This document shows positions 42,483 through 49,910 of a DNA stretch of 64,000 bases, piece after piece. The stretch's first letter is position 1; each line of letters opens with the position of its first letter. The notes beneath the pieces were generated by a model that saw nothing but the letters and a program-made list of their open reading frames with translations, was not told the DNA's origin and ran no database searches. Source of the DNA: Geobacteraceae bacterium. GTDB taxonomy: Bacteria > Desulfobacterota > Desulfuromonadia > Geobacterales > Geobacteraceae. Both the position numbers and the translations under genes were made by a program. The DNA is taken from positions 1,480 to 65,479 of the forward strand of contig WSYB01000009.1 of NCBI GenBank assembly GCA_009773645.1. The letters are read 5' to 3'.

Positions 42483-44807
42483 ATGTCAAACATTGAAAAA
42501 GCCCTGCAGAGTCTGAACCGCACCATAAGCGAACGGGACCACGCGACGTCCATCTCTTTTGAAGAGTTTCTCAATTTGATGGCCGCCAAACCCGCCGTCG
42601 TGATACGCAACGTTTTCCAGGTGTTTCACGACATGATCAAGACCTACGTGGGGGAAGGGGTCGATGAGTATCCCGACGATCCCGAAACCATCAACTACGT
42701 AAACTACGACTGCAGCCGGCTCTTTGTGGAAAACTCGGACCACCCGTTCTTCGCCGACAGGCTTTTCGCCAACCGGTTGATCAACCATGTGGAAGCGATG
42801 AAGCGCGGGAAACAGCAGAACAAGATTTACATCTTCGAGGGGCCTCCCGGAAGCGGCAAGAGCACATTCCTCAATAATCTCCTCTTGAAATTCGAAGAGT
42901 ACGCCAATACTGAGGCGGGGGCCAGATATGAAACGGTCTGGAGGCTGGATCGGAAAATACTGGGGAGGTTTGCGGAACACGAGGTCACCCATTTCCTGGA
43001 CAAATTATCCAACCTGCTCGATGAATACGAATTCGACCAGCAGGAAGTGGCGGAAGCGAAGAGCTCGCTGCACTTGGCCGAAGAGTTCATCGAGGTCCCC
43101 TGTCCCAGCCATGACAACCCTATTCTGATGATCCCCAAGCATTACCGCCGCCCTTTTTTCGACGACCTGTTCAAAAACGACGAATTCAAGTGGAAACTGT
43201 TCACGGACAAGGAGTACGACTGGGTGTTCAGGGAGAATTCCTGCACCATCTGCAGCTCCCTCTATCAGGCCCTCCTTTCCAGGATGAACAGCCCCCAGGA
43301 CGTTTTCCGCATGGTCTTCGCGCGCCCTTACCGGTTCAACAGGCGGCTGGGGGAGGGGATCAGCGTCTTCAACCCCGGCGATAAACCGATGAAACAGAAC
43401 ATCCTGACCAATGACATGCTGCAAAAACGGATCAACGATCTGCTCAAGGACAGCAACCAGGTTAAATACGTCTATTCACAATACGCAAAGACCAACAACG
43501 GCATCTATGCCCTCATGGACATCAAGTCCCACAATGCGGAGCGGCTCCTTGAGCTCCATAATGTCATCAGCGAGGGGCTCCACAAGGTGGAAGACATCGA
43601 GGAGAACGTCAATTCCCTCTTAATCGCCCTCATGAACCCTGAAGACGAAAAAGCCATTCAAGGTTTTCCATCGTTTTCCGACCGCATCGAATTTATCCAT
43701 ATCCCCTACGTCATGGACCTCAATACGGAAGTGGAAATCTACCGCAACATCTTCGGCAGGCATATCGACGAAAGCTTCCTCCCGCGGGTTCTGCACAATT
43801 TTGCCAGGATCATCATCTCCACCCGGATGGACACCAAGTCCGACGCCCTGCTGGAATGGATCGGCAATCCCGAAAAATACCGCCTCTATTGCGACGAGAA
43901 CCTCCAGATACTCAAGATGGAAATCTACACGGGGCATATTCCCACTTGGCTGTTGGAGGAGGACCGGAAACGGCTCACGGCGAAAAGAAGGCGGAAAATC
44001 ATCGCGGAATCCGAGACGGAAGGTGAACAAGGCTTTTCCGGACGCGACTCCATCAAAATTTTCAATGACTTTTATTCCGCCTACGCCGGGAGAGACAAAC
44101 TCATCACCATGTCGATCCTGTGCAATTTCTTCGTCAAATGGCGCAAAGACCTGAACATGTCGATACCCAGGGGGTTTCTCGACTCACTGCTGTGCAATTA
44201 CGACTACACGGTCCTGCAGGAAGTGAAGGAGTCTCTCTACTATTACAACGAGGAACAGATTGCCAAGGATCTGATGAATTACATGTTCGCCGTCAACTTT
44301 GAGCCGGGGAGGGTCGAGATCTGTAAATTTACCGGGGAAAAGCTTGAAATTTCCGAAGATTTCCTGACGGGGATCGAGAACCACCTGCTGGGAAGTAAGG
44401 TTGATGGCGACAAGCGGCTCGCCTTCAGAAAAGAGACCCAGAAGGAATACACATCCAAGACACTGACTCAGGAAATTATGGTTGAAGGAAAGCTTGTTAC
44501 CGAAACAAAGCTTTATCACTCCCTCCATGAACGCTACGTGTACAACCTGAAGGAAAAGGTGCTCGACCCCTTCCTGGAGAACGTCAACTTCCGCCGCGCC
44601 ATCAAGGACTTCGACACGGAGGGCTTCAAAACCTACGACAAGCGGATCAAGGCCGACGTGACCTTCCTGATAAACAATCTCTGCGCCAAATACCGCTATA
44701 CCAAGCAGGGAGCGAAGGAAGTCTGCATCTACGTCATCGACAACGACCTGGCAAAGAAGTTTGTCGAACCCGAACCTGTGGAAACGCAAGACCTCCGTTC
44801 CGATTGA
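42483..44807 (+). CDS. Divergent PrkA-like P-loop protein (second PrkA paralogue in the cluster)
   Basis: N-terminal layout mirrors PrkA (SISFEEFLNLM..., ...NKIYIFEGPPGSGKSTFLNNLL). 774 aa. The C-terminal two thirds are not assignable by eye. Confidence 0.65.
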   Translation: MSNIEKALQSLNRTISERDHATSISFEEFLNLMAAKPAVVIRNVFQVFHDMIKTYVGEGVDEYPDDPETINYVNYDCSRLFVENSDHPFFADRLFANRLINHVEAMKRGKQQNKIYIFEGPPGSGKSTFLNNLLLKFEEYANTEAGARYETVWRLDRKILGRFAEHEVTHFLDKLSNLLDEYEFDQQEVAEAKSSLHLAEEFIEVPCPSHDNPILMIPKHYRRPFFDDLFKNDEFKWKLFTDKEYDWVFRENSCTICSSLYQALLSRMNSPQDVFRMVFARPYRFNRRLGEGISVFNPGDKPMKQNILTNDMLQKRINDLLKDSNQVKYVYSQYAKTNNGIYALMDIKSHNAERLLELHNVISEGLHKVEDIEENVNSLLIALMNPEDEKAIQGFPSFSDRIEFIHIPYVMDLNTEVEIYRNIFGRHIDESFLPRVLHNFARIIISTRMDTKSDALLEWIGNPEKYRLYCDENLQILKMEIYTGHIPTWLLEEDRKRLTAKRRRKIIAESETEGEQGFSGRDSIKIFNDFYSAYAGRDKLITMSILCNFFVKWRKDLNMSIPRGFLDSLLCNYDYTVLQEVKESLYYYNEEQIAKDLMNYMFAVNFEPGRVEICKFTGEKLEISEDFLTGIENHLLGSKVDGDKRLAFRKETQKEYTSKTLTQEIMVEGKLVTETKLYHSLHERYVYNLKEKVLDPFLENVNFRRAIKDFDTEGFKTYDKRIKADVTFLINNLCAKYRYTKQGAKEVCIYVIDNDLAKKFVEPEPVETQDLRSD

Positions 44808-44818
44808 GCAAAATGCGG

Positions 44819-46534
44819 CTAATTCCCTCCCGTTATGGTAATGACCTGCACCTGAAGCCCCCGGCCCGGATGTGAGATGTAGACGAAGAGGAGCTCCACG
44901 TCCCCTTTTCCCCACGGCGTACGATTGTAATCCCTGCTGAACCTTCCGGCGAAGGTCCTCACCCGACTCCCGACCTCTATTCCGAGTTGCTGGACGACCG
45001 CGCTGACATCCATCTTTTCATGTCTTCCCGTTCCCCGGTACCCTTCGAAAAAGCCCGGAAACCTCCCCCCCGCCGGATATTCGGCGCGGCAGTAATCATA
45101 ACGGAGCGCATCGCGAACCTTTTCCGCTTCATTTTCGTGGACGGAGCATTCGACAAAGGTCCACAAAACCTCGAAGAGCCTTGTCTGGGAAAGATGGGAG
45201 GTTATTTCTTCCTCCTCCCAATAGCGGCCGAGCATGGCAAAAAACCGGGAGAGCGGGATCGCTTCCGCCAGAGTCGTGAGGGTTGCGGCGAACCTGCCGC
45301 TGTTATAATAGAGGTCGAGAAGGCGGGCGATGGTGTCGATCTTCCCGATTTCCATAAATGATAGCCAGGGTGTTTGCAGGATCTTGTAGGGCGGGGCATC
45401 GGAGAATGCGTAACCCTCGTCGGCGGCAATCCTTCGCATGGGGGAACCCTTGAGCACTTTGAGCGGCTCCACCTGAATATGATGCGGATTCACTTCCAGC
45501 ACCCTCTGCAGCGACCCGAGAAAGCCGTCAAAATCCTCGTGGGGGAGGCCGGCCACCAGGTCCAGGTGGAGGGTCACCCCGGTTTCCTCCTTAAGCCGTG
45601 CGACATTGGCAAAGAGCCTTGCCAGATCAGACTTGCGGCCGACCTTTGCCAGGGTTGCCTCCCCTTCCGACTGCACCCCGATCTCGAAGCGGAACATACC
45701 GGCCGGCACTTCACGCAACAGCCGGATGTTTTCCTCCGTCAAAAGGTCCGCGGCGATTTCGAAATGGAAGCGGCTCTCCCCGTTCTGCCGGAGGATGAAC
45801 TCCCATATCCTGTTGGCGCGGGGGGCGTCGTAGTTGAAGGTCCGGTCCACCAGCTTGACGGTCTGTACCTTCTGCGACATGAGAATCTTCAGGTCATCCT
45901 CTATCCGCGCCATGGAGAACGACCGCACCCCCTGTTCCAGCGACGACATGCAGAAGGCGCAGGAGAAGGGGCAGCCGCGGGAGGTCTCGTAGTACACGAG
46001 AGGTTTTGTCAGGTCCGCCATCCCGGCGGAGAAGGGGGAGGAGGTGGTGTCCAGATCGGAAATCAGCGCCTGCGGAGGCAGAGCGATGATCTCATCGTTG
46101 TCCCGATAGGTGATCCCCTGCAGCCCGTCAAGGCGGCCTTCGGCCTGCGCAAGGGCTGCCACGAGTTCTTTGAACGCCTCTTCACCTTCACCCCTGACCA
46201 CGCAATCGATGGCCGGGTGCCGTTCCATGAGCTCGAACACGCCGAAGCCGGCTTCCGGCCCTCCCAGCACGATGAACGTCTGCGGCCGGACCTTTTTCAG
46301 GTCGGAGGCCAGGCGAAGGGTCTGTTCGATATTCCAGATGTAGCAGGAAAAGGCCACCATGTCCGCCTCTTCCGCGACGATGGAGCGGAGCACCCGGTCG
46401 GCCGGTTCGTTGATCGTGAATTCACGGATGACCGTTCCGATTCCGTCGAGATCCTTACAGGCTGCGGAAAGGTAGGGGAGGGCGAGTGATGCGTGGACAT
46501 ATTTGGCGTGGAGGGTGGCGAGGAGTATCTTCAT
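44819..46534 (-). CDS. B12-binding-domain radical SAM protein (DUF4080-type)
   Basis: N-terminal MKILLATLHAKYVHASLALPYL...FSCYIWN, radical SAM cluster ETSRGCPFSCAFC and a C-terminal DUF4080-like tail. Confidence 0.85.
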   Translation of the reverse strand: MKILLATLHAKYVHASLALPYLSAACKDLDGIGTVIREFTINEPADRVLRSIVAEEADMVAFSCYIWNIEQTLRLASDLKKVRPQTFIVLGGPEAGFGVFELMERHPAIDCVVRGEGEEAFKELVAALAQAEGRLDGLQGITYRDNDEIIALPPQALISDLDTTSSPFSAGMADLTKPLVYYETSRGCPFSCAFCMSSLEQGVRSFSMARIEDDLKILMSQKVQTVKLVDRTFNYDAPRANRIWEFILRQNGESRFHFEIAADLLTEENIRLLREVPAGMFRFEIGVQSEGEATLAKVGRKSDLARLFANVARLKEETGVTLHLDLVAGLPHEDFDGFLGSLQRVLEVNPHHIQVEPLKVLKGSPMRRIAADEGYAFSDAPPYKILQTPWLSFMEIGKIDTIARLLDLYYNSGRFAATLTTLAEAIPLSRFFAMLGRYWEEEEITSHLSQTRLFEVLWTFVECSVHENEAEKVRDALRYDYCRAEYPAGGRFPGFFEGYRGTGRHEKMDVSAVVQQLGIEVGSRVRTFAGRFSRDYNRTPWGKGDVELLFVYISHPGRGLQVQVITITGGN

Positions 46535-46742
46535 GGAAAAAATTGTAGCTAATCGAAGGGAATTAGGCCAGAGAAACTTGCAAAGAAGATGTGTTTTTTC
46601 CGACCGGTTTCGCCGGCCGGCGGCGAGCTTCAAATTCTTTCCGGTTACTTCGGAATGTCAAAGGTAAAGGTCTTTTTGCCGGTTCCCCCGGCACCGAGGC
46701 GTCCCGTCCCCTTACGTCCCCCTCTGCCCTACGGTGACGCCT

Positions 46743-48209
46743 CTAGGGGCTGCGCCGGAAACCGCAGAGCAGTGCCGCGATCCGATCCTGTACCTCCCGG
46801 GCCTGCCGCCCGGAACCGGCATAATTCTGGATGATGATGGAAAAGGCGAACGGTTCCCCGTCGGCGCTGCTGGCGTACCCCGATAGGGCGGAGACGCCCC
46901 TCATGTTCCCGGTTTTTCCGCGCAGGTTCCCTTCGGCGCAGCTCCCCTTCATGCGGCCCTTCAGCGTGCCGTCTTTACCGGCAATGGGAAGGGATTCCTG
47001 GAAGATGCGGTACAGCTCCGGGTCCCGGTGGATGGCTCGCAGCGTCTGGGTCATGGTTTCCGCGCTGGAGAGGTTGTAACGCGAGAGGCCGGAGCCGTCT
47101 GCCAGGACCAGGTTTTCGGTCGCAATGCCCTGCCTTCCCAGGTATCCGCGCATCGCGACGCTCCCGGCCTCCCCCGATCCCGGCTGCCCGCTGGCGTGCA
47201 GGCCCAGCAGTTTCAGCAGGCTCTCGGCTGTCAGGTTGTCGCTGGTCTTCAGCGCGAACCGGACCAACTCCTCCAGGCGGCGGGGGGCGCGCGCCACCAC
47301 GGTTGCTCCCGCCGGAGTGGGTGCCGTGGTCATGGTGGTGACCTTCACCCCCTGCGCCCGGAGCGCATCCCGGAACAGGGTGAGCGCCATGAGTTCCGGC
47401 CGCCAGACGCTGGCCTGTTTTACCAGGGGAGCGCTCCCCAACGCTATCACCCCGGTCACCGTGACCACGTTGTCCTGCTCGCCGGGGCGCCTGGAGGCCT
47501 GGATGCTGCTTGGCTCCTTGGCGGTACCGGTCCTGGCCAGGTTTTCTAGAGTGTAGTAGGAGGTGCGCGGCTCCGCCGTGACAACTGCCGGTGCCCCCTC
47601 CCTGGGGCCAGGCTGCACCAGCACCGAGACGGCATTCTGGTTGACCGACAAGGGGGAGATGAGCATCTCGTCGTCGTCCCACATCCACCCCGTGCCCCGG
47701 TAGAGGTCGTCAAAGCAGGAGAGGTCGGCGGCCAGGCTGTACTCCCTGCCCCTGTCCATCTTTGGGCCCACAGCCGCGGCCAGGGCCGCCAAGTCCGCCC
47801 CGGACAGCAGGCTGTCGCCGCATCCTTTGAGGTAGACCCTCGCCCCGGCCGCATCGAGCGCAACAGTGGTGGCTACCTCCCGGTCCGGTCCTAGGAGGGA
47901 CAAGGCAGCGGCCGCGGTGAAGAGCTTCTGGGTGGACGCGGGAACCAGCAGAAGCCGCGGGTTGAACTCGTAGATGGTGTCGCCTTCCTTGAGCGACATC
48001 ACCTTGATGCCTGCGTTGGTGAAGGGGAGAAACTCCCGGGCCAGGATGGCGTCGATCTCCCTCTTTAGGCGAGCGGTGGAATTGCTGGTGACGCCCAGTT
48101 CGGCTCGTGCAGGGGGAGCAGCTTGTCCGGCAAAGGTGGTGACAGGCGAACCGGTGGCGATAATGAGGAATGAAAGCACAGCCCCTATGACCTTGCGAAG
48201 ATGCGGCAT
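46743..48209 (-). CDS. dacB: D-alanyl-D-alanine carboxypeptidase/endopeptidase (PBP4 family)
   Basis: Signal peptide, PASTQKLFT (SxxK), SDN and KTGN(M) motifs. Confidence 0.85.
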   Translation of the reverse strand: MPHLRKVIGAVLSFLIIATGSPVTTFAGQAAPPARAELGVTSNSTARLKREIDAILAREFLPFTNAGIKVMSLKEGDTIYEFNPRLLLVPASTQKLFTAAAALSLLGPDREVATTVALDAAGARVYLKGCGDSLLSGADLAALAAAVGPKMDRGREYSLAADLSCFDDLYRGTGWMWDDDEMLISPLSVNQNAVSVLVQPGPREGAPAVVTAEPRTSYYTLENLARTGTAKEPSSIQASRRPGEQDNVVTVTGVIALGSAPLVKQASVWRPELMALTLFRDALRAQGVKVTTMTTAPTPAGATVVARAPRRLEELVRFALKTSDNLTAESLLKLLGLHASGQPGSGEAGSVAMRGYLGRQGIATENLVLADGSGLSRYNLSSAETMTQTLRAIHRDPELYRIFQESLPIAGKDGTLKGRMKGSCAEGNLRGKTGNMRGVSALSGYASSADGEPFAFSIIIQNYAGSGRQAREVQDRIAALLCGFRRSP

Positions 48210-48525
48210 CCTATTTACCGTCCCCTTTCACATCAGAAAAAGCAGTCGGGCCCCTAGACTTCCTGTTCATGGATATACATAACCATGGAGTGATACACCG
48301 GTTCCAAATTGCTACCAAACCAACGGTCACCTGATATCTTAACCAGTCGAAATGTATAGTACTTAATGGCGCTTGTCAAAGGAGATGTTTATGCTTCTCA
48401 TCCCGAATGCTGAGTTTATCTGAACGCTTGGGGTTCGTGGGTAGCCAGGAGGAGAAACCCGCTCGATTTCTGAAAGAATCAGCAGCCCTTGGCAGCCGCT
48501 GGCGGTTTGTGGTAAGGTACGAGAC

Positions 48526-49854
48526 ATGAAACGTAAATCCCTACCCAAACTCCTCTACGCGGACAGCAAGGGGAACATCTTCGACCATCCCCGGCTCGAC
48601 ATGGCGGGGATGAACGGCACCGAGGCGGTCCTCCCCGAGGGGGTGGAACTGATTCCCTTGCCCTCCGACAGCCGTCTCTTCACCATCCCCGATACCCCGC
48701 CGGTGGCCTGGGATGCGAAGCTGCGGAAATTCGTCACCGTCGATACGGTCCGGGAGGGGCGAAAAGAGATAAAGGTCCAGGCAGTCTCCGCCTTCATGGC
48801 CCCCGGCTATGTGCGTACCCTGCTCCCCGCCTGCGACTACACGCGGAAGAAGGTCCACCTTCCCTTGTGGTCCTATACCGCCGTGGGATGGGACGAAGAG
48901 CAGGAATGCTTCGTGGTTGCCGCAAGCCGGGTTGATGCAAACGAGAACTGGCTTCCCCGCAACTACGACGACCGGAAGCTCGATCCCCTGGTACGGCAGC
49001 GGGTCAAGGAATTTCCCGACAACCGGCTCCTCGTGCAGTTGGCCCGCTGTGCCGTGGATTACCACTGCTTTGCCGCCAAAAACCTCTTCTTCCGCCGCTG
49101 GGAAGCGCCGATTCCCACGTCCCCTTCCTGCAATTCCCGCTGTCTCGGCTGCATCAGCCTGCAACCGTCCGACTGCTGCCCTTCGAATCAAGAACGGATC
49201 GGCTTCGTCCCCACCCCGCAAGAGATCGTGGAACTCATGCTTCCCCACCTCCTGGAAGCGCCTGAGCCGATTGTCTCATACGGCCAGGGGTGCGAAGGGG
49301 ACCCGATCATGCAGGCAGATACCATTGCAGAGGCGACACGAAGGCTGAAAAGCGCCACCAGCCGTGGCACCGTCAACTTCAACTCCAACGGTTCGTTCCC
49401 CGACCGTATCCGGATGCTGTGCGATGCCGGGATGGACTCGTTCCGCTTCTCCATGAATTCGGTGCGCGAAGAGATCTACAACAGCTATTACAGGCCCGTG
49501 AATTACAGTTTCTCGGCGGTGGAGGAGTCGCTGAAGATGGCGAAGGATGCCGGGTGTTTCACAATGATCAACTACCTGGTTTCACCCGGGGTCTCCGATC
49601 ACCCCGACGAGGTCACAGAGTTGTTGAAATTCATCGAGCGGACCGGAGTGGACATGATCCAGATGCGGAATCTGTCCATAGACCCCGACTTCTACAACAA
49701 GCGGATGGGGATAAAAGGAAAAGGAATCGGCATGTACCGGCTGCTGGAGACCATAAAGAGGGAGTTTCCGCGGGTCCAGTTCGGTTACTTCAACCGGACC
49801 AGGGAGAAGTTCTATCCGGAGGGGTATGAGAGAGGGTGGCCGATTTCCAGATGA
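48526..49854 (+). CDS. Radical SAM protein with an N-terminal domain of about 200 aa and unknown function
   Basis: CNSRCLGC (CX3CX2C), followed by GQGCEGDP and a TIM-barrel-like pattern. Confidence 0.75.
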   Translation: MKRKSLPKLLYADSKGNIFDHPRLDMAGMNGTEAVLPEGVELIPLPSDSRLFTIPDTPPVAWDAKLRKFVTVDTVREGRKEIKVQAVSAFMAPGYVRTLLPACDYTRKKVHLPLWSYTAVGWDEEQECFVVAASRVDANENWLPRNYDDRKLDPLVRQRVKEFPDNRLLVQLARCAVDYHCFAAKNLFFRRWEAPIPTSPSCNSRCLGCISLQPSDCCPSNQERIGFVPTPQEIVELMLPHLLEAPEPIVSYGQGCEGDPIMQADTIAEATRRLKSATSRGTVNFNSNGSFPDRIRMLCDAGMDSFRFSMNSVREEIYNSYYRPVNYSFSAVEESLKMAKDAGCFTMINYLVSPGVSDHPDEVTELLKFIERTGVDMIQMRNLSIDPDFYNKRMGIKGKGIGMYRLLETIKREFPRVQFGYFNRTREKFYPEGYERGWPISR

Positions 49855-49866
49855 TGGTTTTATTAC

Positions 49867-49902
49867 AAAAAAATCCCCCGGTTGTGCCGGGGGATTTTTT
49901 TT
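49867..49902. terminator. Bidirectional rho-independent terminator between convergent genes
   Basis: aaaaaaatcccccgg-ttgtg-ccgggggatttttttt. Confidence 0.9.
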
Positions 49903-49910
49903 AGGAGATA

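Noticed and set aside
48210-48525. Cobalamin or SAM riboswitch in the divergent region before the radical SAM gene
   Set aside because: There is no B12 box (GCCACUG) and no SAM-I core. The region looks like an AT-rich divergent promoter spacer.
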